From Vicugna vicugna (lineage: Eukaryota): 64,000 nt of DNA. Below are positions 1 through 12,814 of the stretch, piece after piece. The position numbers were made by a program, and so were the translations under genes. The DNA is taken from assembly GCA_013265495.1 (NCBI GenBank), contig MU058781.1, positions 7,545,009-7,609,008 of the forward strand. Direction: 5' to 3'. The notes below the pieces were generated by a model. That model saw nothing but the letters and a program-made list of their open reading frames with translations, searched no databases and was not told the DNA's origin. How positions within the stretch are numbered: position 1 is the stretch's first letter; every line of letters starts with the position of its first letter.

Positions 1-329
1 TCTCTGCTGTCAGGCTTGCTGTTTATATTATTTTGCCTTTTTCCCTACAGCCTCACACAAAGCTTTCTCAGGCTGGGGCAAGACTTTGCAGGGCCTTTTT
101 TTTTGTTTGTTTTTTGAAGAGGACAAATTTGAGTGGGATTTGGGCAAAGGAGGAGAGGTACTTTGAAGCATTAATTGTTCTCAACCTCCTGGTTGTGTAA
201 TACGTAGGCAGTTCTTTTAGGCAGATGGGCGTGGTTGCCAAATTTCATAAACCTAAGCAGAAAATAAAATAATTTTTATATCAAACCACTTTACTTGAAC
301 CCCATGTGAAATCCTTATCCATCACTCTC

Positions 330-564
330 TTCTTTTTTTTTATTGATTTATAATCATTTTACAATGTTGTGTCAAATTCCAGTGTTCAGCACAATTTTTC
401 AGTCATTCATGGACATATACACACTTATTGTCACATTTTTTTCTCTGTGATTTATCATAACATATTGTGTATATTTCCCTGTGCTATACAGTGTAATCTT
501 GTTTATCTATTCTACAATTTTGAAATCCCAGTCTATCCCTTCCCACCCTCTACCCCCCTGGTAA
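330..564 (-). mobile_element. Young 5'-truncated L1 (3' UTR + polyA tail), lineage-specific, probably camelid-type
   Basis: T-tract at 333-341, L1-type 3' UTR ending in the polypurine tract, and an 11-bp TSD ccatcactctc at 319-329 and 565-575. About 97% identical by eye to the copy at 47887-48114. Confidence 0.9.
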
Positions 565-1654
565 CCATCACTCTCATCTAACCTAGTCTTTTCGATTTGT
601 GAAGGATGATGATGAAATAATTTCAGTTAGCATAAAAACATTTTCATTGGTAAAAATCGCCTTTTATTTATTTTGTGACTTTTTATGGCTCCTACTAGAG
701 AGTGGAAATTGTAGCTGTACTTAAAGGCTTTGAACACACACAGTTACACCCAACCATACGAATGATGGTAAGAGCCACTATGGCGTCAGAGGGCCCGGGT
801 TCAATTCTAGGCTTTGAAAATAACCGCCGTTGTCTTCTTTACTCCTTAGCGCTTCATTTGCCTCCCCTGTTAAGTGATACAGTCCGGGCAAGATTGTTTC
901 CAAAGTCCCCTGTTGTTCTGAAAGTCTCTCTTTCTTGAGGCCATTTGCTTCAAGTGGCATTTGCACTGCGTATTAACAATTTCTCTGTATTGATTTTGTG
1001 GCTACTCTATTAAATAGAAACATGCTTATCTTTGCCTTCGTGAGTGTAATAGAGGCTAAAATGCAGAAGGTGATATGACCTTCACCCTCTAAAGGCACAT
1101 TATCCCAACCAACTTCTGGGCTGCGCTCCTAATCTACTTTTGATTACGTCTCTTCTTTCACTAAAGACAGGGCAATAAGAAATTCAGAAAGAAGATGCCT
1201 ATTATGATCTCTCACACACCCCCACTTCCATTTAAAAATGCACTGCTATCATGCACTTTTTCTGTAATTTACTGTTAATCTCTGTGACACTGCCGTGATC
1301 AGGATTTCAGAGCGTTTCTGAAAGGCGCATTGTCTCGTGCTGCTTTTGTACAGTGAATTGCGCTGCGCTGCCCCCCACTCTCAAGGCCGTGAAGCACACG
1401 CGTGGTGGGTAATTGTGGCCCCAGACAGAAGCAGCCCAGCAGCGCCAGCTTCCACGCGCAGCCTTTCCTCATGGGGATATTATTTTACTTCTCAGGCTCA
1501 AAGAACTGGCTTCACCCTGCATGTTTTTAGGTTCTAAGAGAAAAACATAATTGAACTGTTAAGATCTCATGTCAGAATTCTGCTGCTCTGAAGTCCTAGG
1601 TAGTCCTACCACTTTTTAAATGTGTATTTCTAAGGATACATAGGAAAGGGACGG

Positions 1655-1865
1655 TAATTGACGTTTATCAAGTACTTTCTGTCAGATGCCATGTTGGGTT
1701 TGCTGTAAACCTTTCCCCACTTAATCCCTCCCAGCTATCCGTGAGGGAGGAAGTATCAGGGCTATACTGCAGAAGAGACCCTAAAGCTTGGAGATAGTTT
1801 GGAAATTACTGAATATTGCACAATAAGGATATATAGGCTCAAGGCTGGAACCCAGGTCTGTTTAT
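1655..1865 (-). mobile_element. MIR SINE (degenerate)
   Basis: ttaatccctcccagctatccgtgagggagg...ggctggaacccaggtctg resembles the antisense MIR core and tRNA-derived end. Confidence 0.65.
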
Positions 1866-3393
1866 CCTGTCTCTATGGTGGGTTTGTGATTCTTTCATCC
1901 TTTAAAAAAATGTTTTTAATTGTCTGCTCTGTATGTATAATACATTTCGTGTATTAATTCTTTCAACATCTAATAGCTTTTTTTCACATTCTACCATGCA
2001 GTCACCAGCAAATTAGCAAAAACACGTCTTTTGGAGCTTGATGTTTCGCTGTCTGCCATTTTAAAAGGAAGACCAATGTTCTGTAAATGTTTTTAGATTT
2101 GGCCTGGGGTCTTTGCTAAGCCAATCATAATGGAGCCTAAAATTCATGAGTCACAAAGTCCTTCCCTGCTACAGAAGCATTCATTTGCACTGCCTTTTCA
2201 TCAAATCAGGGGATATGTTTCTTCGAGATGAAGAACACACACAAGTATATACAAGAGTTCCTGATGACAGGTAGCTGCCGGAGGCTCGTAAACATGTCTA
2301 GTCAGTTTAAGAACTTAATTTTTTAAACCTTCATAAAGAAAGGGAGATTTCAGTTTTTTCTATCGTATGTATGTATGAAAATGGAAACTAGAGGTTGTGA
2401 ACAACACCAGGTGACTTAGAAACAAAACATTTCTTGCAGGCTCTAGGCAAAGGAAAGTCAACACCAAAAGCAGTCTGCAAGCTGCAGGCCGATTGAAAAT
2501 ACTGAGGGTCACACATGTGTCATTTTACCAGATGCGCACATCAGCGCAAACCCACGTCCTCAGCAGTCCCTGTGGCAGGGTGCCCTGGGGGCAGGGAAAC
2601 TTAGTCTGTATCTAAGGAAACATCCTTAGCTCGTGCCATCAAATCCTGAGACTTAATGTTCCCTTTACTCTTACTCAATTGCAAGATACTTTAGTCCTAA
2701 GACAGAGGGTGAAAAACCACCCTTCCAAAGATTAATAATTTTAAAATTCTTAACAAGATCTTATATTTCTAGGGAACAAAGAATTCTTTGCAGGTTTTTC
2801 ATCATACTATGTTCCAGGGCTGGAGCACTTTTTAGGGTCCTGTAGCTTATTGTCCTTGGCTCGTCACACTTCGGATATAAATGACTTTCGATAACCTGAA
2901 GTTATTTTTAAAAGTTCAGTATCCAGAAGCCATTATTATAAATTTAGTATATTTTATTTTTTTTTCTTAGCAGACTCTAGTTGTGTACCTGGGTTGTTTA
3001 GAATGGAATTACTAGCATTCACATTCAAGTGATTACCCAGGGGAAATGGTCACTTCTTGCTGGTTTTCTTGGAGAAGATGATAATGAATGGATCCCCACC
3101 CCCACCCCTCAAAAAGACATGCAGGAAAAACGCCAGATCTGTTTAAATCCAAATTCCTGTTGGTACTTTGATACTGGCTTATGCTGTTCTTTGTGTTAAA
3201 AAACAAGAAATCTCAATTTTTAAAACTTTAAAAGTGATTTTATTGACAGACAAATTATCTCACCACAAAGGTGCTAGCTCACACGGAAGAGTAAAAAGCC
3301 TGCTTGAGAATTCACGACATAACATCTCATCCTTTGTTACATCACATGCAGTTTGGAGAGGAAGATGCTCTTTCAGTATTTCTGAGTCCTCAC

Positions 3394-3520
3394 TGCATTA
3401 GAATCCCTCCAGAGGGTTGGAAACCTCCCAAGCCCTCCCTGCCCCCCAGGGTTTGGGCCCAGGCATTTATTTCTAGAAACTGCCCGGATGAGTCTAACAT
3501 GTATCAGCTAGGACCACTGC
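3394..3520. mobile_element. MER5A-like hAT-Charlie MITE fragment
   Basis: gcattagaatc...gggcccaggcatttatttctagaaactgcccggatgagtctaacatg...ggaccactg matches the MER5A layout as recalled. Confidence 0.6.
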
Positions 3521-4884
3521 GGCTTTGCTCAACTCTCGTCAGTGGAGCAGAAGACAGACCCAGGAGCCAGAAACATGTGTATTCACCTGGAGGACTTGTG
3601 GGGAGAGAGGCAAAGGAAAGGAAATGTTAGCTGGGTTTGAGCTCACCAACAATTATTGGAACTAACTATTATTTATTCTTTCTCACCCATGGCAGGGATG
3701 TGGCATAGTGGGAAGATCCTGACCTTGGCATTGAGCAGGTGAACAGGATCTCAGTGTCAGGGTCACCCTGGCATTTCAGATTCTGAGCCTCAAAGGCGAG
3801 CTTAGTAGCCAGTTGCTTTAGTGGTGCTCCTTCCCACATCAGTACATAGAACAGTGAGAGTGGTGTCAGTTTCAGGCTAGCTCGAGCTGGGTTTCAGAAG
3901 TGAAAAATTAAAATTGAAAACGCATGTCTTTATTTCTACTCTCTCTTTCCTCCACCTTGCGACTTGCCATCAGCACCACGCCCCACTCCCCAGCGCTGGC
4001 CCACAGTTGGTGGGTGTGTCTCCACTCCTGGACCGTTATCCCCTTTTTCTTCACCTCTGTAGCCATCCTTTCCTTAGCCTCCATCAGCCTTCTCATCCTG
4101 GTTAAGAAAGAGGCTGCGTTTCTTATCCCATTGTGGTCTCTAGTGCTGCTCTCCTTCCAGAGGGTTCTTTTAACCCTAGTTATAGCTGTTCTAGACTAAT
4201 TCCTACTTTTCCTGTTGTCCTTTCCTACTGCTGATTCATAGGACAGTGTCTCCAGTGTTTCATCCTATTTGAGGCCTCTGGCCCAGTTGTTAAATTTTCT
4301 CCTATAATTCTGAGCAAATAATCTGGGGAAAAACTGGTCTTCTTGTCTACAACCAGGGAGTTTGGGTACCTGGAGAATCAGGGACTTCAAAACAAAACAT
4401 GTTTGTAAAATCAAATCCTGACCCTGTCCTAGGAAAAATATTACTAAAGTGGAAATAGTAATATCTGTTTAAAAGTTGTTACAGAAATTACAGTGAAATG
4501 ATACATTCCAAGTAGCCGGCGTACATCAACACATTTTACCTGTTGTCATCTGCCTCCCCTGTGTTCCTCAAGGGCAGGGAACTGTCATATGGATTTCGTC
4601 CTGATTATTATTAGTATTTTAGTGTCTCAGGTTTGAAACATGGCATATATTCGTGTAATTCCAAAGAAAGAAATATGTGAAACTTTTTTCTTTAAATTAT
4701 TCAGGAATCTTTTAAAGCCTATATTAATATAATTATTATTGAAAAAATGTTGGGGTTCATGAATTTGGAAATAGACATTTTTACAGGTGGACTGGAGGGC
4801 TACATTTACGTTAATGGAATCTAATTACATTGAGGATATTAATTGAGTAATGAAAACTCCAGGTTCCCTCCTGCTTTCAAATGG

Positions 4885-5556
4885 GCTTTATTTTTTAGAG
4901 CCGTTTTAGGTTCACGGCAGAAAGCAGGGAGTACAGAGTTCTCACACCGGACCCCCACACTGCGTAACTTCCCCACTATCAATGTCCTGCATCACAGCAG
5001 TATGTTTGTCACAGCTGATCAGCTGACACATTATCATCACCCAAAGTTCATGCTTTACATTAGGGGTCACCTGTCGCATTCTGTGGGCTTCGACAAATGT
5101 ATGATGACACATATCCCCCATTACAGTATCATCCAGAGTGGTCTCACTGCCCTAAACTTCCTCTGTGCTCCACATACTCATTCCTCCCTCCTCATGACTC
5201 CTGGCATCCATTGCACTTTTCACTATCTCTGTAGCTTTGCCTTTTCCAGAATGTCATATAGTTGGCATCCAACAGTCTGTAGGCTTTTCAGACGGGCTTT
5301 TACTTACTAAGGTGCATTTAAGTTTCCTCCATGTCTTTTCATGGTTCAATAGCTCATTTCTTTTTAATGCTGAGTAATATTCTGTTGTCTGGATAAATAA
5401 ACCTCAGTTTATTTATCCTACTGAAGGGCATCTAGATTGCTTTCACATTTTGGCAGTTGTGAATAAAGCCAATATAAACATCTCTATGCAGATTTTTGTT
5501 TGGACATAAGTTTTCAACTTGTTTGGGTCAATAGCGATGAGCTATTGCTGGATCAT
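4885..5556 (-). mobile_element. L1MC1/L1MC2-like 3' end
   Basis: ttttttagagccgttttaggttcacggcag...acattatcatcacccaaagttcatgctttacattaggg...ttttccagaatgtcatatagttgg is a typical antisense L1MC 3' end. Same family as the + copy at 33185-34793. Confidence 0.85.
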
Positions 5557-6649
5557 AAAACCTCCATTTTTTTTGTTGTTTCAGAATTCATTGTCACATC
5601 CATTTACAACATGGAAGATTAAATCCACTTTAGAATCATAACAGAGATTTCAGTCAGATAGATTCAACCCTCTCGTGGGATGCTGCCTCTGCACTCAGCA
5701 GTTGGCTAGTTAGAGCCACACAAATGTCACAGTTTCTTCAGAGACTTTTGGTGTATTGAATGGAATGCCTCATGCTATAATAAAGGGATCCCTGGGAAGA
5801 AATTCATTGTCCCAGTTCTCATGTGTCATGAGTTTCATAATGTTACACCCCATCCCATTTCCAGTGCTATGGCCACTTAATCCCTGCTTTAAATATGAGT
5901 GATCTGAGCATTTCTGCTTAACTGGTAGGACAGGTCCAAAGAAAGATATTTAGAGTGAGGGGTGAGGATGAGAGATCTTGTTTTGAGGAAGGAGCATCTC
6001 AGGGCATTGGGCTTATTATAATATTTCGTTATGAGAGAGGAGAAGTGATTCTGAACACAGTGTGATTACTGTCTCCCGGATGTGTCTTACCACCTGGCTC
6101 TTCTGGATGCATATCTAGAGCAATGGAGAACAGAGACTGTGTATTAAAACTGAAGTGATTTGGTCTAATTTTTTCTAAAATAATTACAGAACAATGAGGC
6201 ATAAATGGTCTTATTTCAGGAATTCTAGACCAGAGTGTGACCAAAGGGTAGAAAAAATACTTCCCCACCTAGCCACAGACAACCCCATAGATTTATTAAA
6301 ACAAATCTCCAGTGGGTGGTAGAGCCTGTGAGAGTGTGTGGGGTCCATGAGTGCCAGCGTCACTGCCTGTTGGGTATCTAGTAGGGGCAAGAAGGACGCA
6401 GTAGTTCCCAGGAAGAGCAGCCGTGGAGTGGGCCAGAGCAAAATTGTTTGAGAGCATATATGTACTAACACTTCTGTTAGCAGAATTCTCTACCCCTTAT
6501 GTTTTGCCTAGGGCATCTTAATTACTAATAAGCATGCCTTGCAGAGTTGCATTTTCCATTTCATTGCTCTCTATCTCACAAACTGAGTTTCACTTCTATA
6601 CTTAAATGATCACTTTCATAAAGTGGAGTCTTAAATATTTTACATTTTT

Positions 6650-7755
6650 CTTTCATAGTGTTAGACTTGCATTTCTAGCCACCAGCGTATCATCACTGTA
6701 CGTAGACATCACTCCTTAACCTCCCAGTATTCCATGCTGATACAATGGTCTTGTTCTTAAAAACAGCTCCTCAGCCTGATTTCTACAATTCTGGAAGTCA
6801 TCTGCATCCTCCTGTAACACAAAATCAGAAACTTGGAATCATCTTGAAATGCAATTTCTCCTACTTGATCTTACCTCTGAAAATTCTCTTGAATTACAAA
6901 AATATTTTCTGTAAGTACTCCAATCACTATAATTCATTCTCCCATTTTTTTTTGCAAAAAATTATTACTACATAAAGAGTCTTCATGTTTTCCTCATTAC
7001 AATATCTGCTATTTGAGAGCTAGAGTAAGTAACAGAAACCCAGTTTATCACCTTTATTTTACAAAGAGAGCAATGAGTTTAGGAGGGGTTGAATGACTCA
7101 CTTAATCTCACACATCTGGGTCATGTGGAAAACTGGAACAAGAGCCTGTGTCATGACACCTCCTGTGGCATTTTTCACTATCTCAGGGTTCACCCTCTCT
7201 CCTCCTGCCAGGTTAATGTTCATCCTCACTGACCTATTCATATCATGCTCTTGCTTACTACCTACTCATGGCTTTCTGTTGTCCGTTAGGTAAGTCACTC
7301 TGGCATTCAATTACCTACATGGCAGCTCCACACTCCACTTTTAGTCTTTTTTTTCCCCCACCGCCTCCCATGCATCTGCGTGTTTAAAATTATATGCTTA
7401 TCATATAGCTTGTTCTTTTCCAACTAAACTCTGTGCTTTCCCATTTCTGTGTCTAAAGTTTATGACTTTATCTTCTTTCCTGGCCGTCTCTAAAATACAT
7501 TAGCAATGTCATGTTCTCCGTTATGCCTTGTAATATTCCCTTAACTAGGTAGACTACCTACATTCTTTAACTCACCTAAACACTGAGTCTATGATTTGTT
7601 ATTGAAAGTACTTAATGCTCCCTTGTAGAACGACTGTAAGTGTATTTGCATCTTGTTCCATTTCCCTGTCCCTACTCACTCACCTTCATGCCTCTCACAT
7701 CACCGGGTCCACTAGTTTATACAAAGTCGACACTCAGTGTTGATAAATTTTAATA
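6650..7755 (+). mobile_element. Highly decayed L2 LINE, interrupted by a MIR (about 7020-7180)
   Basis: aaacttggaatcatcttga, pyrimidine-rich L2-like body and L2-like tail (cactcagtgttgataaat); MIR-like ttttacaaagagagcaatgag. Confidence 0.5.
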
Positions 7756-9638
7756 TTTATGACAGCCCAAGCCATTGAACTTGTGTCTCACATACCTGCT
7801 TATTTATTTCAATATATTAGTATTTAATCCAAGTTTTTAAGATGCATCTCTCACAGATGCAGTTGAATATAACTTTGGGCCTGAGGGATTGTGGTACAAT
7901 TAAGTTGTGGGACAGACTCTCCCTCCTTCAATAAACACAAGCAAAAACAAAACAACTCTACCAAAATTTTTCTAGCCACAGAAAGAAATATGGAAAATTA
8001 TCAACCTCAAAGAGTGATGACCAGTGAAAGGATAGAAGATTCTGGTATAATGACCAAGTTGTCAGGATTCTCAACCTTGCTCCTACCTCAGGAAGCAGGA
8101 CTGAGGACATAGAAAGCTACAAAATCCTAAGAATACTTCTGAATATTCTAATTTGAAAAGGAGTTGGCTAAAGGGATGAGTAGATGTGCCTGAGAGAATC
8201 AAGATAAAATACTGAGTAAATGCTCTACAAGCCACATCTGGACCTTGGCAGAAACAGGAAGGGCCCCTGATGCTCTTGCTCCAACATGTAGTGTTAAGTT
8301 GGGAGAGTGAGTCAAAGCCCCAAAGAGTTGAATTCATCCCAAGCTGTGTGGAATGGAGTCTCATAAAGGACATCTGGTGGGACCTCAGCAATGAGAGTGG
8401 ACTTGGGACCACAGCAAAGACTGCAGTCATCCTCAGCTGTGCTTTTCCTGCTCTACATCCTGCTCTCTGTGCCCTCCAGTTCAGAAGGGAAGACAAATAA
8501 TTCCAGATACGGTGGGAGTGATGTCAAGGTAAAGTGATGTCACTATTTCAGAGAAAAAATAATATTTGAACAAAGGTAGAAAAGGAAAGGAAGTGGTTTG
8601 AGAGATAGTAAAGTATATTAAAACCAAAAAAGTCAAAATGTATAAGTGGATAAAGGCATTTATTTTAAAAGCTAACATAGATAATTCAAGACAAAAAATA
8701 CGTAATCCAAGGAACCAAGGCAGATTCTCTGCTGGCACTTTCCATCCGTTGAGTAATCCACTAAGAACATGGATTCAGTAACACAAGAAAGGCACAGGAG
8801 TTATTAATGATGATGACTAAAAGTAAAATATGTAATTTAAATAAATCCATATTGACTACAATTTATTGATGGTTTTAATAATTTTTTCTTAAACTTAGAG
8901 GAGTCTTTTAGTATCTATTATCTGATATGATGGAAAAAAAATTGGGATTTTTACAGTTATTTACCCAGCAGCTTTTTCTATCACTAAATGTATATCAAAT
9001 TAAAATACTAGTCACTATTTTTAAATAACATTCATCCAAGAATTTTATTTTCAAATTATTTTTACCTTTTCCTCTCTCACCTACATATTTTGTCTCCATT
9101 TGGAATACCTTCCTTTCAGTATATAATAGACTTTAATCTGTGTGGAATATTAAAGGTAATAACTTCTATTTTAAGTAGTTTATTGCTTAATTTTTTTGTT
9201 TCAATGTGGCATGTTTTAGTTTTAGATTGAATATACATCATCATTCAAAATCATCATGACATTACTTTAAAATTATTTTGACAAATTAATAGTTTGAAAT
9301 TATTCTTAAAAATGCATAGGAAATCACTGAAAAGACCAAGCTACAAAAGATTTTTCCTACTATATAGGGGAGGACAAAGGGGATCAGCTTTAGCCAGACT
9401 CCTGAGACAGCCCAAAGATACTAGGATTCACAGCTAATTCACCTGTTACTTCAAGAAGAAAATTTGTTTCCTTTTTTATCATATTTTTTAACTCCCATAT
9501 CTGTTAGCCAACAATTTATTTGTTTAGTTCATTGTCTAGTTGCTGGCACAGGAGGAGATTTTTTTTAGGAAAATATTGAAGAAGAAAGCAAAATAAATGA
9601 AGACTTATAAAGACTGCAGGAGTAAATGGATTCTCATC

Positions 9639-10033
9639 TGTATTAGGATAAATTAAGTGCTGTTGTGGTAACAGATGGATCCAGAATCTCAGTAACAGCG
9701 CAACAAAGTCTGATGAAGTCAGGAAGATCCTCTACTAGCAGCTATTTTCAAATCATTGACTCAGGAGCTAGATTGGTGCCATAATTCTGCCTTAACAAGT
9801 GATCACAGTAGCCACTGGAAATAAGAAAAGAGGATGTAGAGGACTCATTCTTGCACTTTTTTACATTGGCTTAAAAGTGAAAACTGCAGTTTTAGTTATA
9901 GCCTATTGGTCAGAACTAGTCACATGGCCCTGATCTAACTGCAAAAGAAGCTGAGGAATGCAGTGTTCCTGTATGTTCAGGAAGAGGACAATAAAACTGA
10001 ACTTGGAAAATGCTTACTGTTATCTCTTCCACA
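9639..10033 (-). mobile_element. MaLR solo LTR, MLT1J/K-like
   Basis: tgtattagg...gttgtggtaacagat...ctattggtcagaactagtcacatggccctgatctaactgcaaaagaagctgaggaatgcagt is a characteristic old MLT1 motif. Confidence 0.75.
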
Positions 10034-10334
10034 TGACCTGAAAGCAAGACAATAATGTAAACATACTAGTCTAAGAAATTAAAAGAACAGAGAACCTAAA
10101 ATAATTATTATTGCATATACATGATAAAAGAAAGACAAAATAAAAATCTGAGAGTAAATTGCCAGAAAGAAAATTTTCTCACATAAGTGAGAACAATTTG
10201 TTTCTTCTTCCTTGTAACACTTCTCAGAATAAGAAAAATCAGGGGAAAATGTTGGTAGCTAAACAAATTAAGGTACATTCATGCCACATAATATCACTCA
10301 AATTCAGAAGAAGTTTATTCATGAAATTCACTGT

Positions 10335-12814
10335 ATTCCAAAAAACTAGATAGCCTAGATGAAATGAGCAAATTCCAAGAAAGACACAAACTACCAAAAC
10401 TGACAAAAAATTAAAAAAAAATAGCCCTATAACAAGTAAAGAGATTGGATTACCAATCAAAAAACTTCCATAAAGTAAAGAAAAGCCCAGGGCCAGTGGC
10501 ATCACTGGTGAATATTTAAAGAAGAATTGACACCAGTGCTTCTCAAACTTTTGTGAACAGTAAAGAAGAAGAAAGAACAGTTCCCAATTCGTTTTATGAT
10601 GCCAATATTGCCCTGCTACCAAAGCCAAAGAGATCATAAAGAAAAAAAAAACTATAGACCAATATACTTTATGAATACAGATTCTCAACAAGATACTAGC
10701 AAAGCAAGTCCAGAGATACACACAAAAGATGATAGCTACACCGTGACCAAGGAGGATTTATTCCAGGAATGCAAGGTTGGTTCAACACATGGAAACCAAT
10801 AAATATATAATGTTAATAGAATAAAGAATAAAAACACATTTTTTAATCTCAATGGATGCAGAAGAAGCATTGGACAAAATTAAATACCCTTTCATGATTT
10901 AAAAAAAACCCAAAACTGAACAAACTAGGAATAGAAAGAAACTGCCTCACCTGATAAAGGGAATCTGTGAAAAACCCACAGCTAACAGTATACTTCATGA
11001 TGATGCACTGAAAACTTCCCCCCCAAGATCAGGAACAAGACAAGGCTGTCTGTCCTTGATGGTTTGATTTAACATTTTACTGTGGTGGGGGGGGGGCAGG
11101 GGGGTGCTAGCCAGGGCAGTTAAGCAAAAGCATGAAATGAAAGTCATCCAAATTAAAAGTAAAAAGTAAAACCATCTCTATGACATGCTCTTGCCTACAG
11201 AAAATATTAAAGAGCCCACAAAATGGAAAAAAAAAACAAACCTGTGTATATTATAGCCAAAAATTTAGAGCAAGAGTACAGGATACAATATCATGTACAA
11301 AAGACAATTGTATTTCTATACCCTAACAATGACCAATTCAAGAGTGAAATTTGAGAAAACTATTTTGTTTATGATAACATCAAAAACTATGTAATATTTG
11401 AAGATAAGTGAAAGGCTTGTACACTGAAAACTATAAAACGTCATTGAAAGAAATGAACAAAGACCTAAATAAATGGAAAGACATCCTGTGTTCATGGATT
11501 GGAAAAATTATTATTGTTAAGATGGCAACACTCCTTCAAATGGACCTTTACATTCAACACAATCCCTTTTAAAATCTCAGCTGACTGATTTGCAGAAATT
11601 GACAAGTAAAATCACTTCACATCATATACAAAAATTAAATCAAAATGAGTTTTAAAAAACCTAAAGGCAATAGCTAAAACTATACTCTTAGAAAACAGGC
11701 AGGGAATTGTGTGTTCTTAGTTTGAGTAGTGATTGCTTAGCTATAATATCAAAAGTATATGTAAAACAAAAAGATACAAGTAACAACAAAAAGTAGATGT
11801 CAGACTTAACTGAAATTTAAAATAACTTGTACATCAAAGGATGTTATCAAGACAATGAAAAGATAAACTGTGTAACATGAGAAAATATTTGAAAATCATA
11901 TATCTGATGAACGTCTAGTATTGAGAAGTATATAAAGATCGTTTCCAACTCGACCACAAAAAAAACCCCAATTTTTTAAATGACCAAATGATTTGAATAG
12001 ACACTTATTCAAAGAAAATATACAAATGGCCAGAAGCACATCAAAAGATGTTCAACATCATTAGTCATTAGGGAAACACAAAGCAAAACCATGGTGAAAT
12101 ACCGCTTCATCCCCACTAGGATGGCTGTAATCAGAAACATAGATAATAATAAAGATATGGAGTTATTGGAATCCTCATACACTACTCTTGGGATTAGAAA
12201 GTGGTATAGCCACACTGGAAAACAGTTCGGCAGTTTTTCAAACTGTGTTACCGTACTTCAAACCAGATGTCACTTTATGACGTAGCAGTTCCAAGATTCA
12301 CATACACAAGAGGAATGAAGACGTATAAGCATATGTCCACATGAAAGTATGTACATGAATGGTCATAGCAGCATTATTTACAATAGCTAAGAAGTGGAAA
12401 CAAGCCAAACGTCAGTGGATTGATGAATGGATAAACATATTTGGTATGTCTATACGATGGAGTATTCTTACATAAAGAGAAATGAAAAACGGATGCATGA
12501 CACAACATAGATGAACTCTGAAAACATGCTACAGGAGAAAAGACAAACACAGAAGGCCACATAGATTCTCTTCATACAAAATGTCAAGAATCGGCAAATC
12601 TGCAGAGACACAGATTGGTGTTTTCTGGGGACCTGAGGAAGGGGAGAATGAAAATAACTACTAATGACTAACGGGTTTCTTTTTTTGGGTAATGAAATAT
12701 CCTGGAATTAATACTGTTGATGTTTGCACAATTTTGTAAACATACTAAGAGCCACTGAATTGTACTTTTTCAAGAAGTAAATTTTATGGTACATGAATTA
12801 TGTCTCACTAAAAA
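10335..12814 (+). mobile_element. L1MB-like LINE: decayed ORF2 (RT region) to 3' end, with an internal deletion near 11607
   Basis: ORF2 hallmarks (cctagatgaaatg...aaagacacaaactacc, caaggttggttcaacac, aaatggaaagacatcctgtgttcatggattgg) and an L1MB-type 3' end (gccactgaattgtac...atggtacatgaattatgtctca). Many stops and frameshifts. Confidence 0.9.

Noticed and set aside
369..581. Near-identical ORFs at 369-581 and 47934-48194 suggesting a duplicated gene
   Set aside because: Both are antisense frames of the same L1 3' UTR.
4843..5310. 155-aa ORF
   Set aside because: Reads through an antisense L1MC 3' UTR, starts at a non-ATG codon and has no recognisable domain.
10239..10721. 160-aa minus-strand ORF (longest in track)
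   Set aside because: Mostly antisense to decayed L1 ORF2, with low-complexity F/L-rich composition typical of such frames.
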